Assembly (NCBI GenBank): GCA_963748625.1 | Contig: CAVVJT010000010.1 | Coordinates: 1,280,001-1,344,000, forward strand | From: an uncultured Chloroflexia bacterium | Lineage (GTDB): Bacteria > Chloroflexota > Limnocylindria > Limnocylindrales > CSP1-4 | Direction of reading: 5' to 3' | Length of the DNA stretch: 64,000 nucleotides | Shown here: positions 28,322 to 42,878 of the stretch, one piece after another | Numbering within the stretch: the first letter of the stretch is position 1 | Layout of the letters: the number at the start of each line of letters is the position of its first letter | The notes under the pieces: generated by a model | Database searches by the model: none | What the model saw: only the letters and a program-made list of their open reading frames with translations | What the model was told of the DNA's origin: nothing | Translations under genes and position numbers: made by a program

Positions 28322-29150
28322 ATGCGTCCCATGCGTCCCATGATCAACCTGCTGCTCCGCTGCTACCCGGCGCGCTGGAGAGCCCGCTACGGCGACGAGT
28401 TCGCCGCGGTGCTCGAGGAGCGGCCGCTCGGCCCGTTCGACGTGGCCGACGTCCTGCTCGGCGCGCTGGATGCCCACCTGCATCTCCGCGGCCTCGGCGC
28501 CGCGTCCCAACACGCAAAGGGGTTCGCCATGTCACTCCGCATTGGAGGGTATGCCGCCATCCTCGGCGGCAGCCTGTGGTTTGCTGCCCTCGCCGGCAAC
28601 GCGATCAACGACGGCGCCGATTTCGGGCTCATCCGTGTTCGGTATCGCGCTCATGACGTCGATCGTGGTGGCGGTGGCCGCGACGCTTGTGGCGCTCGTC
28701 GGCCTCAGCGCCTTCCAGGCACGCCGCCATCCTGTGTTGACTTGGACTGCCTTCGCAATCCCGGCGATCGGGGCGGTCGTCGGGTTGCTCGGGGTTGTCG
28801 CGATGGTCGTCGCCGGCGACACCGACAGCACCGTTGTTGGTGGCCTGAGCGCGTGGGCGATCTCGACGATCGGCATGACCGCGCTGGTCCTCGGCTCCGC
28901 ACTGTTTGCGATCGCCACCTGGCTCAGCGGCAGCCTGTCGCGCGCGGCATCGGCCATGCTGTTCGTCGGTGCGCTCCTCGTCGTGCCTGCGATTGGAGGC
29001 GTGACCGGTGGCGTCGTTCCGCCGTTGCTCGGGTATCTCGTCCTCGTGGCCGCGATCCTGGCGTTCCCAGTTGGCTGGATCGCTCTCGGCGTCAGCGCTC
29101 TGCGGGTCACCGGCCCCAGCCCCATCAAGCTCGAAGGAGCGTCCCTGTGA
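28322..29150 (+). pseudogene. PadR-associated membrane protein interrupted by a +1 frameshift at about 28622-28628 (possibly a sequencing error)
   Basis: N-term LLRCYPARWRARYGDEF, typical of PadR-cotranscribed membrane proteins; TM helices continue in the +1 frame (SSVFGIALMT...EGASL*). Confidence 0.7.
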
Positions 29151-29473
29151 GGCGATTCGTTCGTCCCGCGCTCGGCGCAGTCGTTCTCCTCGCGCTGGCT
29201 ACCACGCCGGCGCTCGCCAGCCACACCCACGTCATGGCACTGGGCAACGGGCAATGCGTCCTGCTGGCCGCCAACGGCGGCGAAGAGCACGTGACACTGC
29301 CGATGGCCGTGTTCGAGCACAACCCGAACGTCGACATCGCACCTGCGGCGGACCGGCTCCACCCGCTCCACGTGCTCGTCCACCAGGGCGTCCCCGGGGA
29401 GCACAAGGGCATCGCCGTGGCCGGGACACCCGCCGCGGCCGCCCTCTGCGCCAACGGCATCGTCAACGACTGA
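29147..29473 (+). CDS. Small secreted His-rich hypothetical protein
   Basis: GAAGGAG RBS, GTGA overlap, signal peptide ending PALA-S, HTH/HPLHVLVH motifs, two Cys. Confidence 0.7.
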   Translation: MRRFVRPALGAVVLLALATTPALASHTHVMALGNGQCVLLAANGGEEHVTLPMAVFEHNPNVDIAPAADRLHPLHVLVHQGVPGEHKGIAVAGTPAAAALCANGIVND

Positions 29474-29564
29474 CGCCCGAAGACCCGACGGCAGGGCGGA
29501 GCACGTCCCACCCGCCCGCCGCCGGGTCCCCCGGCCTCCAGGCCCGACCTCGAGGGCTCAATCG

Positions 29565-30179
29565 ATGACCGCATCCCGTACCGACACCCCGCGGGCCACC
29601 CGCGCGCTCGGCGTCGTCGGCGCCCTCGGTGGGCTCGTTCTCCTGGCCGCGTTCGTCCTGGATATACCGCCCGGGCTGAACACCATCCGCCTCATCCTGT
29701 TCAATGCGGGCGCCATCGCCATCGCCACCGCAACGTACGGACGCCACGCAGCAGCATCGAGGCGGCTTGCGCTTGCCGGAACGATCCCGATCGTGGCAGC
29801 GAACGCGTGGGCCATCGTGTGGATCCTGCTCGCCCTGGGCCGCGAGCGGCCCTTCTCCGGCGACTTCGGCCTGATCGGCTTCTGGGGCGGCCTTGGTGCG
29901 TGGATGGCCGATGCGTGGTTCGGAGTCGTCGCGCTGCGACTGGGTGTGGTGTGGTGGCCGGCGGCGCTCGTCCTGGCTGCCGGGTCACTCATGGCGATCA
30001 CCGGCATGGACCGCCTCGAGCTCACCTCGCAGGCAAACCCCACGATCTTCGGCCCCATCGCGCTGACTGGCATCGCGCTCAACGGGGTGGCGTGGGTGCT
30101 GCTGGGGATCGACATCGCCACCGGATATCGACTCCACCGATCACGGCGAGGAGCTGGAGTCCCCGGGGGTGCCGGCTGA
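29565..30179 (+). CDS. Hypothetical membrane protein
   Basis: About 6 hydrophobic segments. Confidence 0.7.
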   Translation: MTASRTDTPRATRALGVVGALGGLVLLAAFVLDIPPGLNTIRLILFNAGAIAIATATYGRHAAASRRLALAGTIPIVAANAWAIVWILLALGRERPFSGDFGLIGFWGGLGAWMADAWFGVVALRLGVVWWPAALVLAAGSLMAITGMDRLELTSQANPTIFGPIALTGIALNGVAWVLLGIDIATGYRLHRSRRGAGVPGGAG

Positions 30180-30384
30180 CCTCGCGGGGCGCCAGCCCAC
30201 TGCGGGCACGGTCAGTCCCGAGTTCGCGGCTGCCGAGGAGCGCCTCTGGCACTCCCTGCACGCGGCACCGGTGCAGCGCCGGGTCAACCTCCTGCGTCTT
30301 GGATCGGCCATCCGCGTCCAGGAGCTCGGCGCCGGCCCACCAGTACTACTCCTCCACGGTGGCTCGACGTGCGGGACCAGCTAG
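30169..30384 (+). pseudogene. Truncated alpha/beta hydrolase (N-terminal fragment)
   Basis: RVQELGAGPPVLLLHGG...GTS then stop; no nucleophile motif follows. Confidence 0.65.
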
Positions 30385-30545
30385 GTTGTGAGTCGCGCAG
30401 ATCAGCCGCCACCCGGCGACACAGTCGACGTCGACCGGCTGCTGGGTGACCTCGGCCGCGACGATCAGGCCGTCCCCGGGCGCGGCGAGCTGGGCGTTGG
30501 CGAGGTCGTCCTCGGTCAACTGGGGGTGTGGTCGCTGCAACAGGC
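30382..30545 (-). mobile_element. Putative heavily deleted IS1182-like transposase remnant
   Basis: Minus-strand peptide LTEDDLA-NAQLAAPGDGLIVAAEVTQQPVD-WRLICATHNL resembles motifs I recall from IS1182-type DDE transposases; ends where the hydrolase stops. Confidence 0.45.
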
Positions 30546-30592
30546 TCTCTGCGGACAGGATCCGCCCGGCTATTCCTGCGCGTGGATTGGTT

Positions 30593-30774
30593 CCCCGATC
30601 CATTCCTGCGCGGATCGAATTGGCCAACAATCCCCGTGGTGAGATCCGCCCATAGCGTGCAGGGGTCATGCAGCGAACCCCGGGTTCAGGGCCCGAGCCC
30701 TGCACGGACTGCCCCGGTTCCATTCCTCCGCGGATTGATCGGCGATTCCATCCGCGTGGTGGATGATCCGCCAA
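30593..30774. repeat. Two copies (30593-30650, 30712-30774) of an ~60-bp ATCC...GGAT repeat family
   Basis: 30601-30633 is 29/33 identical to the reverse complement of 52488-52520. Confidence 0.7.
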
Positions 30775-30940
30775 GTGCGCGCGCCTCCCCGCGCCTCCCC
30801 CGCGCCTTCTCGTCGCGCGCCTCGCCTGGCGCGCGCGCGTTGCGGACCCCGAACCGCAACCCAACCCACACCCCTGCGGGCCGTGCCCCGTCGCAATCGG
30901 TTTCGTACTGTCGCGCCCCGCGACCGAGGAAGGGATCCCT

Positions 30941-35544
<4,604 letters not shown>

Positions 35545-35545
<1 letters not shown>

Positions 35546-37014
35546 TGGGCAAGCCGACCGGTTTCATCGAGATCCAGCGCCGCTCCCAGCCGTCCCGGCC
35601 ACCGCTCGAGCGGATCAAGGACTGGAGCGAGGCCCACCCGCACCTGTCCGACGGCGAGCTGCGGTCCCAGGGCGCCCGCTGCATGGACTGCGGCATCCCC
35701 TACTGCCACACCGGCGAGTTGATCAGTGGCATGGCCTCGGGCTGCCCGATCAACAACCTGATCCCCGAGTGGAACGACCTCGTCTACCGGGGCCAGTGGC
35801 GCGAGGCGGCGATCCGCCTCCACCACACGAACAACTTTCCCGAGTTCACCGGCCGCGTCTGCCCCGCCCCCTGCGAGGGGTCCTGCACCGTCGGCCTGGG
35901 CGGCGAGCCGGTCACGATCAAGACCATCGAGCAGGAGATCGCCGACCGGGCCTGGGACGAGGGCTGGATCACGCCGACGCCGCCGCTCACGCGGACCGGG
36001 AGGACGGTCGCCGTGATCGGCTCGGGGCCCGCGGGCCTTGCCACCGCCGACCAGCTCAACAAGATGGGCCACACCGTGACCGTGTTCGAGCGGGCCGGGC
36101 GCGTCGGCGGGCTGCTGATGTACGGCATCCCGAACATGAAGCTCGACAAGGACGTGGTCGGGCGGCGGGTGGACCTGATGGCCGAGGAGGGCATCGAGTT
36201 CCGCACGGGCATCACGGTGGGTGCGGACGTCACCGCCGACGAGCTGCTCACCGGGTACGACGCGGTCGTGCTGGCCACCGGCGCCACGGTTGCACGGGAC
36301 CTGCAGGTCCCCGGCCGGGAGCTCGGCGGGATCCACCTGGCGATGAGCTTCCTGCGCGGCAACACGCGCCGCCTGCTCGACGGCGGCAGCGGGGCCGAGG
36401 CACCCATCGACGCCGCCGGCAAGGATGTCGTGGTGATCGGCGGCGGCGACACCGGCACGGACTGTGTGGGCACGTCGATCCGCCAGGGCGCCCGGAGCGT
36501 ACGCCAGCTGGAGCTCCTCGCCCGACCACCGCTGGCGCGCGCCGCGGACAACCCGTGGCCCGAGTGGCCCAAGGTCTACAAGATGGACTACGGCCAGGAG
36601 GAGGCGGCGGCACTGTGGGGCGAGGACCCGCGGCGCTACTCCACCACGACGCGCCGCTTCATCGGCAGCAACGAGCGCGTGGCGGCGCTAGAGATCGCCG
36701 ACGTGGCCTGGCAGCCCGGCCCGGACGGACGCGTGGCGATGCGGGAGGTGCCGGGCAGCGCACAGGTGATCCCAGCTGACCTGGTCCTCCTCGCCCTGGG
36801 CTTCACCGGCCCGGAGCCCGCCCTCCCCAAGGCGTTCGAGTGCGAGCTGGATCCGCGCGGCAACGTGCGCACGGGGGCCGACAAGATGACGTCGGTGCCA
36901 GGCGTCTTCGCGGCCGGCGACTGCGTCCGGGGCCAGAGCCTGGTGGTCTGGGCGATTCGCGAGGGTCGTGCGGCCGCCGAGGGCGTGGACCGCTACCTGT
37001 CGCGCGTCGTCTGA
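35545..37014 (+). CDS. gltD: Glutamate synthase small subunit
   Basis: MGKPTGF, RCMDCGIPYC, CPAPCEGSC, GSGPAG, GGGDTGTDC, GQSLVVWAI; TGATG overlap. Confidence 0.97.
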
Positions 37015-37021
37015 CGCCTGT

Positions 37022-37657
37022 TCAGGCCGCGTCCAGGAACGGTGCGAACCAGCCGAGCATGAGCCGGACCGCCGTCTCGAACTTCACCTCGTCGATCTCG
37101 CCGGTGATGCAGACGTCGTCGAGGAGCGATCCGGCGACGATGGTGGCCGCCCAGGCGACCCGGTAGGCCTCCTCCTCACCGACCTCGGGCCGGCGGGCCT
37201 GGATGACCGCGGCGAAGTCGCGGGCGGCGCGATCGGACCAGGCCCGGTCGATCTCGCCCAGGCGCGGCGTGGCGTCCACCGCCTTGCGCAGCGTGACGCC
37301 CCCAGGCACCTCCACGCGGAAGCGCACGAGCGCCCGCCAGGCGACCGTCAGCCCGAGGCGCCAGTCATCGGCCGTGCGCAGGTCCGCGAAGGCCGTCTCG
37401 AGATACTCGGTCCGCAGCCGCTCGAACCGGTCGAACAGCTCCTGCACGATTGCCCACTTGTCCGGGAAGTAGGCGTACACGGCGGTGATGCTCACGCCCG
37501 CCCGCTGGGCGACCGCGTTCGTGTTGAGGGCGGTCAGGCCGCCTTCCGCGATGAGCTCGGCGGCGGCGGCGCAGATCGCCTCGAACGTCTCGCGTGACCG
37601 GCCTTGCGCCGGAACCCGCCGGCATCGCCGGATCGCGTCATCGCCGGGTCGGGTCAT
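37022..37657 (-). CDS. TetR/AcrR family transcriptional regulator
   Basis: PAQGRSRETFEAI...LNTNAVAQRAGVSITAVYAYFPDK HTH. Confidence 0.88.
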   Translation of the reverse strand: MTRPGDDAIRRCRRVPAQGRSRETFEAICAAAAELIAEGGLTALNTNAVAQRAGVSITAVYAYFPDKWAIVQELFDRFERLRTEYLETAFADLRTADDWRLGLTVAWRALVRFRVEVPGGVTLRKAVDATPRLGEIDRAWSDRAARDFAAVIQARRPEVGEEEAYRVAWAATIVAGSLLDDVCITGEIDEVKFETAVRLMLGWFAPFLDAA

Positions 37658-37695
37658 CGGGCACCATGTCAGGGAGTTTCCGCATGTGCACAGAC

Positions 37696-37711
37696 AGTAG
37701 CAATTGCTACT
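37696..37711. promoter_or_regulatory. Perfect 16-bp palindrome upstream of TetR, putative autoregulatory operator
   Basis: AGTAGCAATTGCTACT, AT-rich in a GC-rich background. Confidence 0.6.
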
Positions 37712-37793
37712 ATCCTGTGGTACAGCAGTTCCAAGCCTGTTTCCCCGGCCGCCGATGGTGATCCCCCCCTCGCCATCGGCGGCCGTTCCATGT

Positions 37794-38669
37794 CTAGTTG
37801 GCGGTTCCCGCGAGCGCGCGCCGGTCGATCGCGTACGGCGCAAGCCGCCGGGCAAGCAGGTCGACCTCGCGGTCCAGCAGCTCCTGGAGGTCACGCAGAC
37901 GCTCCTCGGCCGACACGGCCTCGAGGAGCGCCTGGCGGCGATCCTGCTCCACCTGCACGATGCCAGTCAGCAGGAAGGAGAGGGCGGACGGGTCGTCGGG
38001 GATCCGGAGTGCCGCCCGCATGGCCTCGGAGTCGTCGAGCGCGATGGGCCGGGGGTCGGGCCGGAGACTGGGCGGGCCATCCCAGGCCCGGGCATCGTCG
38101 TCCCCGTCGGCATCCTCGTCGTCCCGCTCGGCGTCCTCGTCGTCGTCAGCGTCGTCGTCAGCGTCGTCGTCGTCGTCTGCATCCTCCACCTCGACCTCCA
38201 CCTGGACGTCGATGGGCTCGACGAACTCCCCGGCGCGAGGCTGCAGGAGGCGCAGGTAGTCCACGAACTTGCGGGTGACGACGCCCACGAGCATCTCCGC
38301 GGCATCCTCGTCCCCGATCTCGTCGGGCAGGAGATCCGCCTCGGCGACCAGGTAGGGCTCGGCACCGGCCAGCACCTCGTGGATCACGAACCGCGACCGG
38401 CCGACGCAGAGGATGTCCCAGCGACCATCAGCGTGGCGCGATGCCTCGTGGATCTCGGCGAGCGTGCCCACACCCGCGATCGCAAGCTCCGCTGTCGTGC
38501 CATCGGCAGGGGCGACCTCGCTGCCCTCGCGGATCAGCACCACCCCGAACGGCGTGGAGGTGTCGAGGCAGCGCCGGACCAGCAACCGGTAGCGCTCCTC
38601 GAAGATGTGGAGCGGCAGGGCGATCCCGGGTGCCAGGACCGTGTGCAGGGGGAAGAGCGGGATGTGCAT
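37794..38669 (-). CDS. LON peptidase substrate-binding (N-domain only) protein with acidic insertion
   Basis: IPLFPLHTVLAPG, LPLHIFEERYR, FGVVLI; no AAA+ or protease domain. Confidence 0.88.
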   Translation of the reverse strand: MHIPLFPLHTVLAPGIALPLHIFEERYRLLVRRCLDTSTPFGVVLIREGSEVAPADGTTAELAIAGVGTLAEIHEASRHADGRWDILCVGRSRFVIHEVLAGAEPYLVAEADLLPDEIGDEDAAEMLVGVVTRKFVDYLRLLQPRAGEFVEPIDVQVEVEVEDADDDDDADDDADDDEDAERDDEDADGDDDARAWDGPPSLRPDPRPIALDDSEAMRAALRIPDDPSALSFLLTGIVQVEQDRRQALLEAVSAEERLRDLQELLDREVDLLARRLAPYAIDRRALAGTAN

Positions 38670-38695
38670 CGGATCGATGATCACCCGGAGACGGC

Positions 38696-38720
38696 GAAGC
38701 CGCCGGCGGCCGGCGGCTTC
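38696..38720 (-). terminator. Stem-loop downstream of the A-type Fe-S carrier gene
   Basis: GAAGCCGCCGG-CGG-CCGGCGGCTTC, 11-bp stem. Confidence 0.45.
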
Positions 38721-38756
38721 AGGGGATGGCGCATGCCGGTCGGACCGGCCGGCGGG

Positions 38757-39137
38757 TCAGTGCGAGCAGGAGCGGGGCGTGCCCGACTCGTCCGCTGTGC
38801 GGAAGCTGGAGCCGCAGCCGCAGCCCGACACGGCGTTGGGGTTGTTCACCGTGAAGCCGGCGCCCATCAACGTGTCCACGTAGTCGATCTGGCTGCCCTT
38901 GATGAGCGGCACGCTGTTGGTGTCGATGTAGACGCGGACGCCATTTGCCTCAAGGACGTTGTCGTCCGCGGTGGGCTGGTCCTCGAGCATCATCCCGTAG
39001 CGGTAGCCGGAGCAGCCGCCAGAGTAGACATAGACCCGCAGGCCGATCTCCGGGCTCGTCTCTTCCTTCGTCAGCTCGGCCAGCTTGGTGGCGGCGGCAT
39101 CGGTAAGCGAGACGACGGACGTGGTGGTGTCGAGCAT
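38757..39137 (-). CDS. erpA: A-type iron-sulfur cluster carrier (HesB/IscA/ErpA family)
   Basis: GGCSG and NPNAVSGCGCGSSF; GAAGGAG RBS; exact subfamily uncertain. Confidence 0.88.
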   Translation of the reverse strand: MLDTTTSVVSLTDAAATKLAELTKEETSPEIGLRVYVYSGGCSGYRYGMMLEDQPTADDNVLEANGVRVYIDTNSVPLIKGSQIDYVDTLMGAGFTVNNPNAVSGCGCGSSFRTADESGTPRSCSH

Positions 39138-39248
39138 GGGACGGGTCTCCTTCGGGTCGCTGGCCCGGCGCCGGCCCACGGCGCGACGGGCTTGGGGGAT
39201 CGTACGCAGCGCAATGGATTTCGTCTACTGGTCCGCCGAATCGCCAGG

Positions 39249-39267
39249 TCGGGTCAGTCCTCGACGC
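39249..39267. repeat. 19-bp direct repeat, copy of the thiolase 3' end (other copy 40665-40683)
   Basis: TCGGGTCAGTCCTCGACGC identical at both positions. Confidence 0.85.
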
Positions 39268-39340
39268 AGCCAGGGGGGCGTTGCCTGGCAGGTGGCTCCG
39301 CCGGCAGGAGGCCGGCCATCGTCACCGCCGGGAGCCCGGC

Positions 39341-40582
39341 TCAGCCCGCCGGACGGCCCAGCCAGAGGACCGACCCGCCCTCGCGCGTGGTCCCGATGAT
39401 CAGCGGGGTCGACCCGACCGTGGTGACCCGCTGGAAGCCGAACTTCGGTGATCCTGTGTCGATGCCGGGCGCAACCCTGACGATGGGCTCGTCGAGCAGC
39501 TTCCATGCGCTGGCATCCGAGGCCTGCCACACGGCCCCCGCCTGGGCCATGCCGTGCCCGCCCTCGGGCATCGCAACGTCGGGATCCAGGCCCCAGTACG
39601 AGCCGACCGCCAGCAGTCCCGAAGGCGCCTTCGCCACATCCCACATCACCCCGCCCTGGATCGCGCCCTCGTTTGTCACCGGGGTTGCGCCCGGATAGGG
39701 CCACGGGGTCATGTCGGCCGTTGGCTCCATACGCGTCCAAGCCCGTCCGTCCTTGCTGGTCCACGCAAGCGGCGACAACGCGGCACCCATCCCGCCGATC
39801 GTGCCCTGATAGCCCACAGCGGTGAAGCCATCGTCGGTCGCCACCACGGCCTGCGGCTCGGCGAGGGCCCGGGTCCCGTCGTCGGGGATCGCCTCCCACG
39901 CCTTGCCGTCCGGCGAGAACCAGAACGCCGCCTTGGTCAGGTCGTTGGCCGGGACGGTGTCGGCACCGACCATCACGTACCCGGACGTCCCTGACGCCAC
40001 GCCGCGTGCACCGCCTCCGACCAGGGCATCGCCCGTCCGGACCCAGTCCAGGCCGTCGGCGGACCACCAGGCCATCGGGTGCTGTCCCTGCGCGCCTGAC
40101 TCCGTGCCGACCGCAACGACCCCGCTCGGCCCGGCGGTCATCTGGTCGATGGAGGTGCCCGTGTAGCCGCCTGCCCCCCTGAGATCCGGGTCCCCCGACC
40201 TGGCCCATGACGTGCCATCGGTGCTGACCCACGTTTCGGTCTGGTCGCCGCTGGAGCCCGACGCGACGAGGAATCCCGGTGTCGCGACGATGTCCCAGCC
40301 GTAGCCCGGATCCGCCTCCGGCAACTCCGACGAGGACCAGGTGCGGCCGTCGGGAGAGATCCAGGCGCGGCCGAACCCGACTCCCACGTACGCCCCGTCC
40401 CACCCGATGACGGCCCGGGGCCCGGCCTCGGAAGCCGGGTCGGGGTCGACGGCCTCCCAGATCCACGCCGCGTCCGCCGGGTCGGCCGTCGCCCCGGCGC
40501 CGGCTCCGGGCGAGCAGGCGGCACCGGCAAGCGCTGCGGACAGGATGGCCACGACCAGCCCCCGGGAGCACACGATGCGCAT
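39341..40582 (-). CDS. Secreted lipoprotein with Asp-box-like (WxSxDGxxW) beta-propeller repeats
   Basis: Lipobox GAAC; WISPDGRTW, WVSTDGTSW, WWSADGLDW, WFSPDGKAW, WTSKDGRAW. Confidence 0.8.
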   Translation of the reverse strand: MRIVCSRGLVVAILSAALAGAACSPGAGAGATADPADAAWIWEAVDPDPASEAGPRAVIGWDGAYVGVGFGRAWISPDGRTWSSSELPEADPGYGWDIVATPGFLVASGSSGDQTETWVSTDGTSWARSGDPDLRGAGGYTGTSIDQMTAGPSGVVAVGTESGAQGQHPMAWWSADGLDWVRTGDALVGGGARGVASGTSGYVMVGADTVPANDLTKAAFWFSPDGKAWEAIPDDGTRALAEPQAVVATDDGFTAVGYQGTIGGMGAALSPLAWTSKDGRAWTRMEPTADMTPWPYPGATPVTNEGAIQGGVMWDVAKAPSGLLAVGSYWGLDPDVAMPEGGHGMAQAGAVWQASDASAWKLLDEPIVRVAPGIDTGSPKFGFQRVTTVGSTPLIIGTTREGGSVLWLGRPAG

Positions 40583-40669
40583 CGGCGACCTCCGAACGGA
40601 TCGTTGGCTCGCGGGGAGTCGGGTGCCAGTGCCGTGTCTACCTTCTCCGGCGGGCCGCACCCGTTCGGG

Positions 40670-41899
40670 TCAGTCCTCGACGCGCTCCACGATGGTGGCG
40701 ATCCCCTGGCCTACGCCGATGCACATCGCCGCCAAGCCGTACCGGCCACCGGTGCGCGCCAGCTCGTGGACGAGCATCGTCATGAGCCTGGCACCCGATG
40801 CCCCGAGCGGATGGCCGAGCGCGATCGCCCCGCCATTGGGGTTGACGCGCGCGGGGTCAAGGTCCAGCTCGTCCATGCAGGCGACCGACTGGGAGGCGAA
40901 GGCCTCGTTGAGCTCCACGACATCGAGGTCGGCGGCGGTCAAGCCCGCGCGCTCGAGCGCCTTGCGTACGGCCGGCACGGGCCCGATGCCCATGACGTCG
41001 GGGTGGACGCCCGCAACTGCGGTAGCAACGATCCGGGCCATCGGCGAGAGGCCAAGCGAGCGCGCGCGGTCCGCGTCCACGAGCAGGAGGGCAGCGGCCC
41101 CGTCGTTGATGCCGGAGCTGTTGCCGGCCGTCACGGTCCCGCCAGCCCTGAAGGCGGGCTTGAGGGCCGCGAGCGCCTCGGCAGTGGTGTCGGCTCGGGG
41201 GTGCTCGTCTCGGTCCACGATCGTCACAGCCCCCTTGCGGCCGGGCACCGAGACCGGCACAAGCTGCGCGTCGAACCGGCCCGCCTCGATCGCCGCGAGC
41301 GCGCGCCGCTGTGACTCCAGCGCGAAGGCGTCCTGGCGCTCCCGAGGGACGGCGTACTGGTCGGCCACGCACTCCGCGGTCTCGCCCAGTGAGATCGGCG
41401 GGTACGCGGCCTTCATCTGGGGGTTCACGAAGCGCCAGCCGAGCGTCGAGTCCTCCATCGTCCGCGCGCCGCGGTCGTACGGGCCCTCGGCCTTGAGCAT
41501 CACGTAGGGCGCCCGCGTCATCGACTCCACGCCGCCGGCGATGAACACGTCGCCGTCACCCGCGCCGATCGCGTGCGCGGCGGAGTTCACGGCCTGCAGC
41601 CCGGAGCCGCACAGGCGGTTCACGGTCTGGCCGCCGACCTCCACCGGAAGGCCGGCCAGGAGCGCCGCCATGCGGGCCACGTTGCGGTTGTCCTCGCCCG
41701 CCTGGTTGGCACAGCCGAGGATCACGTCCTCGATCACGGCCGGGTCGATCCCGGTCCGGTCCACCAGGGCGCGCAGCACGACGGCGGCGAGGTCGTCGGG
41801 GCGCACGGAGGCGAGCGCCCCGCCGTAGCGCCCGATGGGCGTGCGCACGGCGTCGATGATCCAGGCGTGGCGGAGGGTACGGGCGTCTGATCGGGACAT
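40670..41899 (-). CDS. Acetyl-CoA C-acyltransferase (thiolase, PcaF/PaaJ-like)
   Basis: [42 protein letters not shown]. Confidence 0.93.
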   Translation of the reverse strand: MSRSDARTLRHAWIIDAVRTPIGRYGGALASVRPDDLAAVVLRALVDRTGIDPAVIEDVILGCANQAGEDNRNVARMAALLAGLPVEVGGQTVNRLCGSGLQAVNSAAHAIGAGDGDVFIAGGVESMTRAPYVMLKAEGPYDRGARTMEDSTLGWRFVNPQMKAAYPPISLGETAECVADQYAVPRERQDAFALESQRRALAAIEAGRFDAQLVPVSVPGRKGAVTIVDRDEHPRADTTAEALAALKPAFRAGGTVTAGNSSGINDGAAALLLVDADRARSLGLSPMARIVATAVAGVHPDVMGIGPVPAVRKALERAGLTAADLDVVELNEAFASQSVACMDELDLDPARVNPNGGAIALGHPLGASGARLMTMLVHELARTGGRYGLAAMCIGVGQGIATIVERVED

Positions 41900-42088
41900 C
41901 TGTCCGATTGTAGTTGCCATGGCCCCGTCGGTTACACTGCGGTTGGAACCCGCAGCCCGGGGGCTTGCGCGGGTACCGCAGTCGTCGGCGCGCGCCCATC
42001 GGGCGTACCGGCAGCCGGCGGCCGAGCCGTCAAGCCCCCGTGTCTCCGCGCCGTGCGCGTGGTCAGTGCGAGAGGGGCGTCGGGGGAC

Positions 42089-42878
42089 GTGCGTCCCAAG
42101 GGACAGTCCAGGATCGTCGCGGTCTGCGTGTGTATCGCGCTGGCCGTCGCGGCGATCGCCTGCCAGCCCGCCACGCGCCCAGGCTCCACGACGCGCGAGC
42201 AGACCACCGACGAGCTGCGGCTCGCGCTCGCCACCGTGCCCGGCCCGCCCGGTGCCACCCTCGCGCCCGGCGGCGGTGGTCTCGACCACGGCGAACCCTT
42301 CGTCGAGTACAGCTCCATGCTTGCCCCGGCGGCCGTGATGACGGAGTACGACCGTGCCCTCCGCGACGCTGGGTTCACGCCGGTCGGCCACCAGGAGACC
42401 TGGCAGGGCTACCGGCGGGGCGGACACGTGTACTGGATCTCCGTCTCCCGCACCGGTCCGCCCACCACGGTCCTCGTGCGCGTGGCGGGCGATCCGATCA
42501 CGGCAGCCGCGGACGCCAGCCTCCCGCCCGGCTTCGAGGCGGCCACGGACCTGCTGCTGCCGGCGACGCCCGAGCCTGCCACCCGGCCGGGATCCAGGCC
42601 CCTGGGCACCAACCCGGGCAACGGTGTGAGCGGGAACCCGGGCAACGGCACCGCAACAGACCAGCCCGGCAATGGCAACGGCAAGCCGGATCGCACCGCC
42701 AAGCCCACGCCGGATCGCACCGCCAAGCCCACGCCGGATCGCACCGCCAAGCCCAAGCCCACGCGCCAAGCCCAAGCCCACGGCCAAGCCCAAGCCCACG
42801 GCCAAGCCCAGGCCCACGGCCAAGCCCAAACCCACCCAGAAGCCGAGACCTACCCCCAAGCCGAAGGATGGCGGATGA
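42089..42878 (+). pseudogene. Lipoprotein with Lys/Pro-rich repeat tail; an extra C at about 42764 shifts it into the response-regulator frame
   Basis: Lipobox AIAC; repeat unit CCCACGGCCAAG appears once as CCCACGCGCCAAG; corrected frame ends KPKDGG* overlapping the RR ATG (ATGA). Confidence 0.65.

Noticed and set aside
28322-29473. 383-aa ORF joining a membrane-protein N-terminus to the secreted protein
   Set aside because: The middle is out-of-frame sequence; a +1 shift restores the membrane protein, and the downstream gene has its own RBS and start
30775-30940. Riboswitch upstream of gltB (also checked 12036-12249 and 63786-64000)
   Set aside because: No recognisable aptamer consensus by eye; an Rfam scan would be needed
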